Of a DNA stretch of 64,000 nucleotides, positions 1-14,600 are shown piece by piece. This DNA is from Ruditapes philippinarum. Taxonomy: Eukaryota. The DNA lies in the NCBI RefSeq assembly GCF_026571515.1, contig NW_026854712.1, positions 1 to 64,000 of the forward strand. The letters are read 5' to 3'. Positions within the stretch are counted from its first letter, which is position 1. Each line of letters begins with the position of its first letter. The notes under the pieces are model-generated. The model did no database searches. It was not told the origin of the DNA and was given only the letters and a program-made list of their open reading frames with translations. A program made the position numbers and the translations under genes.

Positions 1-889
1 ACGAAGAAATGTCCCCAGTCACTTCATGTCAAAAAAACCTATGTGGAGTCCCTTTACTAGTGTCATGGTAAGTTCAAGTTTGTCTGTATTTAATTATTAA
101 ATCATAATGATTTGAATTCTGTTAGTCGGATATTATCAAATACAATCGGATGGAACAATAAAATACAAATTTGGACTATTTAGCTGGTAAATTTGATGTA
201 ATAAGTACCGAAAATTTAATATTGACCGAGGCGATAGCCGATAGCTAAAACGTACATATCTCACACCGTATTACCGGCGCCAGTGGTGGCAGATCACTAC
301 AGTGGTGGCAGATAGCTGAAATTTACCGCTCGGTAAGGGTAGGTTATAAATTTGGTTGGTATTATTATATTACACAAATACGGCCCATTTCATTGCTATG
401 AAACTATTTCCATTGCCTTGAGATACTATTAGGTAATTTTGGACTCGTTTTTTATTTGGAGCAGGTTAAAAGTGACAGCTTCGGAAAAATCCGTGAAAAT
501 GTCTGTTTTTTTTTTTCAAAATATCTCAAATTTTAACTAAATGACAGGATTTCGTGTTATAAATATAGACGTTCATGCATTGGGGTCACGCAAGCCAAAT
601 ATCTACCCCGTGAGTCTTTTCTTGAAAGTTTTACAGACGTTCAATCTCGTCCGGTCGAATAAAAAATGCTGCCGTTGTAGGCAGATACTTATTTTAAATA
701 ATAGATATTTGGCTTGCGTGACCCCAATGCATGAACGTCTATATTTAAAACACGTAATTCTGCCATAAAACATGAAACCCTTTATTGTAAAATGTTAAAT
801 TGGTAACACTGATGATATTAGTTATATTGTCATCTGTTATCAATTTCGTTTTGTGTCAATCTTTACAATTGTATAGATAAAATTTAATT

Positions 890-990
890 TTATGTTTCTT
901 TAAGAACCTATTATAGGAAACGTTCATTGAGAATGCGGTATTTTGAAAAGATCGCGCTGTTTCTGATAAGTCGAAATTCATTAACTACCA
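890..990 (+). pseudogene. Degenerate relic of gene B exon 7
   Basis: agaacctattataggaaacgttcatt..ggtattttgaaaagat..ttctgataagt matches 25696-25780 but with indels; downstream sequence matches B intron 7 (~26010-26130). Confidence 0.7.
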
Positions 991-1894
991 ACACTAAAAA
1001 CATAACAGATAATGATGCCTCATTAAAAAATTTAGTATATATGAACCATGCACCTAAAAAAGGATACAAAAAGCTGTTAACTGTTTTTCAAGTCTGAAAG
1101 GCAGGAATATCACCCGTACTTTAAAGCATAACTTGATACTTCAAGTTTCATAACAGTTATAACTTTGAACATTGGAATTTGAGTGCATGTGGGAGAAACG
1201 TTATGTAAAAAGTGTCATCAATTGTAACATGCATTAAAATCGTTTATTATTATTTCATTAACATATATTCGACGAACACGCAATCCATGACCAAACAAAT
1301 GTAAAAGAACGCACATTTGTCTCCATGATGTCCATTTCTGAGTTTTAGTCAGTGGGTTGGTACTTTTGTTGACAAACGGTTTATGTAGTACCAGCTAAAC
1401 TAAAAACCTTTAAAACTTGAACTTTTGGAGATTAAAACTTTGTTACTCATGATAGCATCAACAAACAAAGGCCAAGAGATTGCAATATTGTAGTGGTGCA
1501 AATTTAGAGCGTAAGAATTATTCGGAGAAGTGGACGACTGACAAACCGCCATTATAACCAATTAGCGACAAGTTTTGATCATCATATAAGGTTCATGTGA
1601 ACTAAAAAGGCTCTAAAATATTACTTTGATATCACCTTTATCGATTTTCTTCAAAGACTTTTACTAGATATTCTACATACTGTGAAGACAACTTTGCGAA
1701 ATGTGAGTAGCAAATACTACAGATTTATTAAATTAAATTTCAAAATATCGGAATGAGGATAATATACATTGAATCAATTGAAATGCTTTACATTGAATAC
1801 ATTTTATGTTTTGTAAGATTAATATGAATTATTGCAGTGTAGTATTTTTTTATTCAAACAATTTTTATAGGCTAATATCTTATTTGTATTTGTT

Positions 1895-2322
1895 TAAAAT
1901 TCTGGAAACAAAGTGATCTCTCGGATGCATTAATCACAACAAAATTACAAGAGAACTGATGACTCAGACTGAGTCTGTACATGAGGGATAAATAATAAGT
2001 GCAACATCCCTCACGCCCCCTAGCACCGGCTTGAGCAGTACTCAATTCTCAAAACTTAATAGTGCTGGCATCAATGATCCCGAAGAGCGAGAAAATATAA
2101 CAACACTAAAGTGAAGTATGGGGCAACTTCTTACAGCTGCCACACAGCACTTGACACCTGCTGTTGTAAAGTATAAAATTCTGGAAACAAAGTGATCCCT
2201 CGGAAGCATTAATTACAACAAAATTACAAGAGAACTGCAGACTCGGTTTGATTGAGTCTATGAATAAGTGCACCGTTTTAAGCGGTACTCAATTCGTGTT
2301 GGCATCAATGATCCCGAAGGAT
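1895..2322 (+). repeat. Two adjacent copies of an interspersed repeat, also at 12355-12515 (inverted) and 14476-14560 (partial)
   Basis: aaaattctggaaacaaagtgatc..acaacaaaattacaagagaactg at ~1896 and ~2175; ctgtacatgagggata..cacgccccctagcaccg is reverse-complemented at 12375-12432. Confidence 0.8.
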
Positions 2323-2612
2323 GAACTCACACCGACACGTGTACATTTAAGATCTAGTTTTCCTAGTGGAGGAGGATCTCAGTTGTGTCCCTGCATGCAG
2401 TATTATTTTTTCAAAAAGAAGCAGATAGATGCTCAAAATCGTTCAATAATCAATTTCACTAATCAATTGAAGTCATTTAATTTCCCGGAATAAATATTAC
2501 TAATTTTGAGATGGATTTTTTTGTTAACCTGAGCTTGAAACAGGCAAATGATTTAGTTGATAATTACTAACGCAAACAGTTTTAAGAGTTTCAAAACAAC
2601 GCTTTTTTGCTC

Positions 2613-5600
2613 TCAATAGGTACCGTTCAAATGACTGTATGTGTCATCCTCAACACGCAGATTTTTATAATCCCTTTTAACATCATCATAATCGTTTTCT
2701 TGCTTGTCAGGTACACCATAGATATTGTCTGTTTTATCATTGTTCATAAAGTTTCTGGTTATGTGATTATATTTTTCAGTTTCGTTTAATGTTTCAGATA
2801 ATTCTTTTACACATTCAGTAATCTGTAATGCTTTTATTTTTATAGCTGCATTCTCGGTGGTGTCATAAACGTTATCAAATTGGGTACCAAACTTTTTATT
2901 GAAATGTATTATATTATAATCGTCGTTGACACCTCTTCCATCTCTCCTGGAATTTGAAATATCACCATTGGCATGAGATTCTTTGGAGCCTGGTTCAAGA
3001 ATGAAGTAATTATGTGCATAATTACTATTGTCTACGTCGAGATCTTGATGAAGGTTTACGTTATCGTTTCCTTTAAAATCGTTTATTTGTTCATTTTCAG
3101 CTCCTAGAGATTGATTATACAGATTGTTTTCAGCTTGATTCTTACTGGCAGTTTCTTTAAATGAATCATTCCGAGAAGAACTTTTAAAACACATGTTTGG
3201 AATTTTGCCTCTGAAAAATAAAATCGAAATAACATTTAAGATCTTATGACAATCCGTATTTTCAACCGAAAAAAATATGTTGATGATTATAAACAAACAA
3301 TTTAATGCAATCTTTACTAAGCGTCACATTAATAAAACTTACTTATACATCTTTACCTGTAAAAGCATTCAAAAACAAATTATCACAAATAATCTGACAT
3401 GTTATATGTGATCAAAAGCAAAGGTAAACTAGCAACGGTAAACAAAATGAGTTATTTACCGTCGTTTCAACATTATTATGACAATAACAATGGCTGCCAC
3501 TAAGAGTAAAATCACAACTGAAACACTGACAAGGATACTGACATTGGAACCTGCAAGATAACAAATGGTAAAACTTGAATGATCATATGGCACACCGTCA
3601 AGCCATGTCAAAGGGTATTATAATTTAATTTCAAAACTGTTCATAAAAGCGCAGATCTTATAACCGTTGACGTCACGATTCCGTCAAAAAGACATGTAGT
3701 CAGCCAAAAGACATATATGTCAAATGGATCAAAGCCTGCTATTCCTTTTTTGAACCATGTTTAGGGGCCGTTTATTTCAAGTTAAGGATACAGACAATAG
3801 CATTGATACGTAGTTAATTAAAAGAAAATGTTTTTATGATGTTTAAGCCAGGTATTTTAGAAGATATAAGACTTTTTATAAAGTTAAGAGGCTCGTTCAT
3901 TTATACAATTACACAAGAAAAAGGGCAAAAAGGGTGAAAAATTTAAACTGCTTTATTAGCATTTTGTTTCTGCATGTTTTGTTTTTATATATCAGACAAT
4001 CCGATTAGTTTTATTCAGAAATTTTCAAAGTGTTTTAATGTATCGTGATTCTGTAATGCAACAAAGCTTTAAAGTTTTAATATGTTTAGAAATTTCCTTT
4101 TAGAGAAACGAGCACTAATGCTGGAGTTTGTTTATTTAAACTATTAACAAAATGTAACATTTAAAGAAGAGGAAAATATATGTTTTCTTATATTTAGCAT
4201 GAAAGAAAGATGTAAACTTGTCATACGTTACATGTATTGCTTTTTCAACTAGCCATATGAATAGATTATTCCAAAATATTTGTACCATTTCGCAGTCCAT
4301 AAACAGATACTTTATACTGTAAATATCCATACAGCAAAAATCACAGACACTAAATTCGGTTGATTTACTTTGAAGGAGGAACTTGTCTGACGCAATGTTC
4401 CTGTGTAAAAATTATACCGAAAGTTTTGTAAACTATTATCTTTATAGTATACAAAAAATAATTTTCGTACGTATTTTTCCATCGAAATTCTTTTTTTGTG
4501 AAAATCGTTCTTCCCATTTTATTTGCTTTCTTTTTTATTTTACACGGTCTCATTTGCTTTTGAATCTGTGTTAACTTTTTAATGTTTATTGATGTGTTTG
4601 TTTTTTCTATGATATCAAAAGTGCTTATTTCTATATGCGTTCAAAGTTTGACTAATTCATGGTAGTTTACGTTTCCATTCTTTGGGCATTAATGAATTTG
4701 ATTTATAAAAGTCAATGTTTCTGTATGAATGTTTAAATTAGGTTTCGGCTAATCAAAGGTTTCAAACTACTTTTTTTAAATGTTAAAAATATCCTTTACT
4801 TTATTAATATTTCTACATTTTAATTTTTGGAAAAAAATTAGGAGCCATTATTTTTAATTGTGAATTCTGTCATATTATTTGGTCTTATAGATTTTGTGGA
4901 TTTTTATTAAAAATTATTTTACTTCATGTTAGAATAGTAGTACATGTAATTATGTTAAGAAAATATTTTCGATTTTAAATTTCTGTATATTATTTGCTTT
5001 ACATTAATTTTAAATTAATCGATTCCACCAATTCTTTGAATTTTTTTCTTTATTATTTATATCCACAATCCATGGTTATTTTCATCAAATACCTTTTGAT
5101 CTAGCTTGATTTAATCGAGTAAATGAAAATTGGCAAGTCTATCATATTTGATACTCTATATTTAAAGTCTTGGATAAGTATATCCCTTTTAACTTTGCCT
5201 CTTTTTGAGTGCCATGTATTCAAAATAGTTTTTGTAATTGTTCTCATCATTTCTTCAGGTAGACTCAAAAGAACAGATATTGTGATAGTTAGTTCTAAGG
5301 ACTTAAATACGGATATATTGACAATTGTTGTTAAATACCTTGCTATCCATTTATTTATGTCCTCTTTAATTTGTTAAAATTATTATTTTGTTTTTCGGAC
5401 TTACGACCTCAGACTTTAAGGTTAAAAAAACATGTATCGATCTCAATATAAGTTTCTTATTTTACGTTATTATGTTCATATATCCAACATTGAACAATTT
5501 TGTATTGGAATTATCTGTTATTAACTATGCATTAATCAGACATTGTAAAACGGGTTGAAAGGCTGAGTTTTTCAAGGCTAACGTAGTCTGTACCTTAAAC

Positions 5601-8600
5601 CGCAAACGATTGTCACCTGGCGCATTTATGAACCACCAGAACAGCCTCTACAAACAGGAATTTTGACAAAAGTACTACGGATATAGTTTTCTGTTTCTAG
5701 AGGCCGTTCAGTATTAATATAAATATTAAACAGATGTCGTGTTAAGGCAAACTGAAATAACTTCAATAAAATCTGTCCTTCGACTGTTATGAAAGACGTG
5801 GACTTTTTGCAGGACAACGCACACAAATAAGGTACTGAAATTACATTTTTAGAAAATGGCTGTCATTAAACAACCACCATATTCTCCATTTACTTGGCAC
5901 CCTGCGATTTTTTTCTGTTCCCAAGACTGAACAACATCTTGAGTGTCATCGCTACAAGAGTGGACATGAGCTTATTAGAAGATTTACCTAAGGAGGAGTA
6001 TGTCGAAGCATTAAAAATGAATTAAACGTCTGAAACGTTTCTTATGTAGGATGACGTTGAAATGGTTTAAAATAGGAAATTGTAAATGTTTGCTCTTTTC
6101 TTAAATTTAGTATATATTAATCTACTTTCGTATTCATATAAAATCTCCAATAAAATGTCAATTTTGTATTCTGACAAGCTAATGATTTCTTATAATATTA
6201 TTACATACAAATTGCATTTGTATAATTTTTTTTACAAATACCATTGAACAAAATTCGAATTTGGTTAAGAATTAAAAATGTTACTTACTTTCAAGTGCAC
6301 TAATTTCGTCATTTGATTGAAAGCCTTTCGTCATATTTATAAATTCATTCTGGATACTAGATGTTAATGTTCTGTCAGTTATTCTTGATGTAAATGGAGT
6401 AGTCGTATGCGTAGATATTCCTGTTGTTAAAATATAATTGTGTTTGGTTTGAAAATATGCAAAACCTATTTACAGTAAGTCTCCCCCTTTTTCAGCTCTG
6501 ACTTTTCGTCGCCCTGAATCAGGCTAGGTCATATAACGAGTTCATGTGCCCCTCTGTATTTTTTCCAGTCATTAACGGGACTCAAGTAATAATATAACTG
6601 TCTTAATCACACTGTATTAATCACACATATTGAAAATTTAGAACGTAGATTTTATGAAATAGAAAAAGAATCATTATTAAAACTGCAAGAAGAATTGACT
6701 TCTTTAAGGATAGAAAAAATGAAAGGCCATTTTGTAAGATCTAGAGCTAAGTGGACTGATTGCGGTAAAAAGCCCACCAACTATTTCTGTAATTTAGAAA
6801 AAATTAATTATACAGGAAAATTATACCATTTTTTACAGAAAAATTGGAGACCAATAATAAAAAATCAGAGAGATATTTTACAGGAAGCAGACTCTTATGA
6901 CACGCAATTATGTACAAAAGTAAAATTTGAGAGAACTATACAAGACACATTTTTCTTGAAAATAATACTGATACTCTGAAGTAAAGTACAGAGGTTTCAG
7001 ATTCTCTTATACTGAAATTAGAGATACCTTAAATAATATAAAAATGACAAAAGTCTTGGATCTGATTTTTTTCTGCATTTTTTTTTAAGTATTCTGGAAT
7101 AAAATTAGACATTTTATTATTTGATATATAAACTGTGTATTTAATGAAAATCATTCAATAATACATAAAATGGAATCATTAATTGCATTCCAAAAGATAA
7201 AAAAAACCTTATCAATTCTTAAAAATTGGATACTTTTCCTCTCTTAAATACTATTTATTAACTAGCTTCTGGTTTTACAGCAAAAAGATTAAAATCTGTT
7301 TTAGATTATTTAATATACAAGGATCAGACGGGTTTTGTTAAAGGCCGGTTTGTAGGGGAAAATACACGAAAAATATCACAATAGGTCGATGAAAAAAAAT
7401 TACATAGTGCTTTAAATATTTTGGAACATTTTGCTATATAATCTGGTCTAAAATTTAATTTTGAGTAAAACACATGTTTTTTGGATAGGTTCTTTAAAGT
7501 ACAGCATTAGGTCCATCAAAATGGAAACTGAACTGTGTCAGTACACAATTCAAACTACGTGAATTTTATTTTGATGTTAATTTGGATGAAATGATATGTT
7601 TGAACTTTGATGAAAACTTGAAAATATTCAAAATTCTATACAATACTGGAAAAAGAGAGAACTGACACCAGTAGACGTGTAAGTGTTATTCAGTTTTTAC
7701 TATTGCCAATGTTAACTCAGTTATTTATATCTTTTCCAAATCCAAATAGACACTGGATAAATAATATTAATAAAATGTTTTTTGATTATATATGGAATGG
7801 TCCATCTAGAATAAAAATATCATTGTTATTTAAGATTATACAGAAGGTGGTGGTATTAGCACAAATGAATAATCTAAAACTTACCTGCCTTAGAAGGCTT
7901 TTACTAAGAGGTGATAATAAATGTTATGCTTTAGCTAATGTTATTATCATTACTGAAACATTGTTCAATTGTGGAAGATTGTATGCTTAAATAGAATATA
8001 AAAACTCAAACAATCTTTTTTGGAAAAATGTTGTTAAATGATATTTTGATTTTATTAACATTTTCCCAATTGATAGTATGGACAAATTCTGTAGTACGCC
8101 ATTGTTTTATAATGATCATAACTTTATAATGGATCATAAACATGTGTTCTTTAAGGATTGGCATGAAAAGGGGATTGGATATGTCAGAGATATATTGGAT
8201 GCTAGCAAAAATGTAATACCAAAGCATGAATTTGATAGAAAACCTGCTTTAAATACAAAGTTCTAACAATTTGAAGCGTTAATTAGAAGCATCAAATACT
8301 TTTTAAAATCTAGAACAGAATTAATCCGTTACAAATCTATTTCCCACCTTCCCTTTGTGTTATTAAAACCTATATTACTATGTAAACAATGAACCTCTAT
8401 TATTTACAATATATTAACAACTAACGACGAAAAGCCTACCTCCAAAGCGGCTAGTTGTAGTGTTTTTGATAAAGCTCCATTGGAGTGGAAAATCTATACA
8501 GTTGGATTTTTAAACTAACAAATGATACTTATTTCTAATGGCTTCAATCTAAGCTTTTGCATAGAATTTTAGCTACAAATACTTTGTTTAAAATGAATAT

Positions 8601-11600
8601 TGTGACTGTAAAAGTGAGAATGAAACACTGCTTAACTTGTTTTGGGAATGTGATAAAATAAAGTCATTAATAGCAGATATTACTGAACATGTCAAATCAT
8701 TCAATGTAAACTTTGAGAGAGATTGCAAAACTTTTTATTTTGGGAAATACCAAGAAAATTTGAATGTTATAACATATTTTGCCTATAAACCAAAAGACAT
8801 ATTTATTTATATAAGAGATCATAATGTATTGATCCACATCTGGATGGGCTGAAAGGAAACTTAAAATAAGCATCATCAATTGTTAAAAACACAAACATTT
8901 TGGAAAATAAACTGTCAAATTGGTTCATGGTAAATTTCCCATGTGAAATATAATTATAAATATCAATGATTTGCTTATGATTAAATTTAAGATTGTTACA
9001 AGTGGATTAGTCTACACATATTCATTTTATTTTTCTAAGAAGCTCAAATATTTAAAAACAATAAAAAACAACAACAATATAACACAAAAACTCCGCTAGG
9101 AATGTATCATTTGGATATTCTTATAAAATATTGTTAGAAGTAAATAAAATGCAAAGTGATTCAAGAAGAACTTAATTGAATTTAAATAATTAAATATGTT
9201 GCATTTCATTGTAAGCCATTCAATTAAAAAAAGAAAATGGTATTGCAGTATTTGTATATCAAAATTGTTTTGTTAAATTGTATTGACGTAATTACTTTTA
9301 TCTTAATTGCACATAATATTAATGTTACATGTATATAACATGCATTTGTAATAAAAAATATAAGTGTTTACTAATGTCAGGCAAGTTAGTCTCATAAATG
9401 ATTTTAAGAATGTCAGTCTAAAGGTGTTAGATAAATGTTCCGAAATATATGTCTCTATATATAAGCTTCGTTTTAACACGAACGTACATCTTACTTCATT
9501 TTCCTTGGAGCATTAGTATCAAACATTGGTAATGATGATTAAGTATGCTGTTTTTATAGTACATTTTCACAAGGGTAGGAAGAATGTTATCTATAATCTA
9601 TAATTCTTACAATAGATTTTTATAAAAATATTCAATGGCTACCAATATATTCAATCACGATTATTACTTAGTAATTGGATATTCTCTCAACATTACCTTG
9701 TGCTGATATCCTGGTGCTAAGAATTATGTTTGTGGTTTTGGTAGGATATAAAGTCACGTATGTCTGTGGTATAGAAGGTGAGGTCCATATTGCTTCCTTT
9801 AATGGTTTAGTTATAACAACTGCGTTCAATATAGAATTGTATATTTATTTTAACTCATATGGTTGTAAGTGTCAATTCAAAGGACACTTATTTTTATTAA
9901 AATATGGTAAACAAGTTAAACAAAGAAAGGTGGCATTGAAAGAACGCAACCCCCACACGATCTAGCATCAAGGACCAGCGGTCAGGAACCCATGAGAGCC
10001 CCAAATAAAATAAGAACAGGACATAAGGCAGAGCACGGACAGGATACGTACTCAATAATACTTTAAAGGAAATAATAGTAACCGACAAGGAAATCAGATA
10101 CAATTTATTGAGTAATAGGCCCATAACGTAAAAGGCACATGGGAAGGGAACTTCAAGTACGGGAAAGGGGAGGGACAAAATTTAAAAAAAAGAAACTACG
10201 GGCAAAAGGGAATATACTAACCAAAGACGAGAAAACAACAAGGGACACAAACACAAGTGTCACCCAAACAGTATAAAACAACAAAGACATACATCTAAGG
10301 AATACAGAGGGGCGCCGTTTTGGAATTGTCAGCAACATAAGCATTGCTTGGCAGGTTTAACCGATCATTGGTGACCAAACCTCACTCTTAGCACCACCAT
10401 CGTCCTATAAACGAGGTTTTATTTAACGTCACATACGTTGATTTTTTTCTATTGTTATTGAATAATTTAACAATGTGTAATATTAGATAATGCTTTCAGC
10501 AAGACGCTAATTAAAATGTTTGAATAAAATAAATCTATGATAACTATAAACTTACGTGTTTGAAGAAAATATGGTTTCTTTGTTCTGTTCAAGGTAAATG
10601 AAAGAGTTGTAATGTTCCCATGTTTAGTAACATATCCATACCCTTTAACGTTACTTCGATGAATTTGACTTTTGAAAGTATCTAATAATAAAAAAAGAAA
10701 GAAAAACACGCACAAACAAGAAACGCACAAAATTCAAAGTTTGTCATTATGTTTGGTTGTATTTCTTTTCTACAAATGTCAGTTCTTTTACACCATATGT
10801 CTGCGTATTGTTTTTTTTATTTCAAGATCCATGAAAAGTACATTTATCTGTTATATGTTAAATCATGTCGTATCACAATTGGTGAAATGAACAAATATAG
10901 TGTACCATATTCAAAGATAATTGATATAATACAAACATATGCAAAGATCCAGATGTGCACTATTCTTTGTATGAAATGATAATTTTGTTTGGCGGCCATA
11001 TGGAAGAAATGTTTGTTAGTTGAGAAACGAGGAATTATCTTGTAAACGACTCACTTGAGTCAAGTATATGGATATAGTGCACATCTAGATCACCGTTATG
11101 CATTTACTTTTTTATCGATTCTTAATTTGTAATCCAAATGAAAAACTTACTATCAGATTTGAATATCACATCACTACGTATAATATTCGTCCATAATTGA
11201 CCAGTAATTTGATTCACTTCTACACTCAACGTGTCATTATAGGTAATCGGGAAACGTTGAAATTCAAAACATGTTTGCACATAAATGTTCCAACCAACAT
11301 ATCTTACATCCTCAAATACAACATTGGATATATTAGGATCTGAAAATAATGAGGAAAGTGTTTGCTTAAAGGTAAACTGTCCTAACCAGACAATTTGTAT
11401 CTCAGCTAAATATGTTGTTCATCTTTAAAACATGTTCTCAGTTGTCTCACAAGTTCATGTAAACCAACTAACCAACGCACTTGTATTGTCAACATATTGG
11501 ACACTTGACTTAAAATTGATGAAATAAGAAAAGTCTAGTAAGTCTACTTAATCTATTGTCGTCTGCAAATTTTGAATATTAAAATAGTTAATTTAATTTT

Positions 11601-14600
11601 GTCGATGAAACTCAAGACTTATTGAAACAGATTTACAATAAGTTCTCATTAGAAAAGAATGTAATTCTTTGTATTCTTATATCTATTCTGTAAAGAAAGT
11701 AAAATAACCCTGTTGGGCACACTCTGCAAACACTGGAAATTGCACAACCAAAATGCAATGCGATTGTCATATGGATGTCATTACTTTCCAGGAAAAACAC
11801 AAGCCTTAGGACTACAGTCTGTTTAATTAAACGGAAATAGCAGCAATACCTTCCCTTCCGAGAAAAAAAATCCTTAATAATCTCAATCTTATGAGCATCT
11901 GTATTGCCTCAAATAAAAACATAACAAAGGAACAACTGGTATAATAGTCTGACCTGTCACAATATAGATATTAATAAATGACATGTCGACTGTGTTTAAG
12001 AAAAACGTAATGAATACCATGTTTGAGACATTAAATCTTTTTTAAGGAAACATTAGTTCGTTTCCTGTTACTTTAATCATCCCCGTTTCAGTAATCATCC
12101 GTTTCTTTTTTCACGTCGGGTGGTGGGGGGGGGGGGTGATTACAACTAATAGAATCGGCATTTTAGGTTTGCATCAATATTCCAGAACACTTTGGTGCGC
12201 TTACAACAATGTCAATATCATATAAAAAAATGTGCTGCAAAGGCAAATATAAATATTATTTTGAAATTACAAAGAAAAGTGTGGCAACACGTTACTTCAG
12301 TGTTATTATATTTTTCTGGTCCACCGGTATCATTGATTCAAACACTTTAAGTATATATGAAATGAGTACCGCTCAAGTCGGTGCTAGGGGGCGTGAGGGA
12401 CGTTGCACTTTTCATTATCCCTCATGTACAGACTCAATCAAACCGAGTCAGTAATATCATGAAATATTGTTATGATTAATGCTTCCGATGGATCACACTT
12501 CATCCAGTACTTTATACCTTAACTTTATTCGTACTATTTCCTATGATACCATTAAATATGTTAAACTGACACTATGATTTGAAGCGATTATAGAATTTAT
12601 ACATTACATATCGACAAGCCTTAGAATCAAAGTCCCCGATAATATGAGAGAGCGTGCAGCTCAAACAGGGATAGAAGATAAGTAAATAGAAAACCTTTAC
12701 TGTTTAAAATTATGTTTATTTGTTGATAGTGTGTTCTCAGGGGGAGATTGTAAGTGTATAAGGGAAAACAAAAAAGAAAGAAATGTTATGTTAATCCCTG
12801 CCAGTTAATCCTTAAACCCAAATCAACCATACAAGCATACATGATATAATTGAACTAAAAATATGTCTCTCAGTATTAAATGATATAATATCGTAATGAA
12901 TTTTGAAATGTTGTATTATTAAACATGTTCGACCACCTAAAAAAATTACTGATGAATATTTTTTCTAACTCAACAAATAAAAATTAAAAATATACTATTT
13001 ATCATAAAACTTACATATTGCAGAAAAATCATTGTATACCTTTCGTACATAGTACTTTATACGCTGTGCTGCACATACTCCATACACCTTTTGTGTTTTT
13101 TTCATAAGCAAGACACTTTCCGTTGTTCTTGCTGCCTATTACACTAGTATCTGAAAGGGAAACGACACAGTTATGACGAATACATAAGAGTCACTGAACT
13201 ATTCACATTCGTGTCGCTATTGGTCAATTCTAAACTAAACAACAAAAGAAAAAAAAAATAGACAAAGATTTGTGTTCCCTCTGACGTTGATTAGTCCAAA
13301 CCTATTGGTTAATATATGGAAAAGTAGGTTTTTACAATAAGAATGTTAATATACTTTTCAAGCAAATAAGCATAAGAAAAATAAACGTTCACACACTTCT
13401 ATAAAAGTATTGAAACACTAATGATGCTTTAAAATGCTAATAAGTAAATTGTAACAAAGGTAAAACAACTTCAATTATGATCATGATACCCGTTTTCATT
13501 CTTTCATATATGGACATATAATCATCTCCTCCACCAGCTACCCAAGTTCCGTTATTAGGTGAAATATCACATTTAGGCAGATTTATGTTCTTGCTTGGTT
13601 TTTCGTTTAAACAAATACACTGCGACAAAGAAAACAAAAAGATCCAATTAATTCTTTTACAGCAATAAACGTTGTACTGAAAAAATGATATCAGTTTCTT
13701 ATCACATTGTAAAGTTAGCACTATATCGATATCAAATCACAATGATAAACGTTCTCTTGGATGTATCTATTTAATACAAACATATTGAATAAATGATATA
13801 GTTATGCTCATTAATTAAAACATTATTTCTAAACTTTTCACCCAATAAAATTTAAATAATTTAAATTATTCATCACACAAGACGATTTTTTATTATTTTT
13901 TGTTGTTACCATGTTGTTTATTACCTTGCCTTTGTTTAACCCGACATATTTTGTATAAGATTTATGACACATTGAAAAGCAAATGCCTGGGGTATTCATC
14001 AATACCGGCAATAAAACATCTGGTTCTGTATTGTTTAAAGAGCCACATCCTGTAATATGTAACAATAATTCATGTTTTAAACAGTATATGAGAGCATGTT
14101 CGCAATAAATCTTGACATTACTAAACTAGCATAAGCATCTTGGAGTATGTTTATCGATTTTATTTACATGTGTGACCATTCCTTTGTCAAAGAAACGGAA
14201 TTTCTTACAAGAAAAGCTATATGCTGGTAACAACCAAAAACAATACTATGACATCTTTTCTATTTCCTTTAATTCCTGAACATACTGACCATTGAGTTAT
14301 TACATACATTGAGAATTGTAAACAGGTTTTTTTTTGTTATATAATGGGACATAAGTAAATACGCAGATATTCTGAAGTGAAACAAAAATGTTTATTCCTA
14401 ATGACATACAAAAAAAATTAGAGAAATTATGAATCCCAATAGAACGTCTAAAAGAGCAAAATTGAAAATGTTATAGACTCGGTTTGATTGAGCCCGTTCA
14501 TGGACAATATTATTAAGTGCAAACTACCATCCACTCGCCTAGCACCAGCTTAAGCAAAATTCAAGATTAAACCATGAAATGACAAACATTTTAATTTAGA

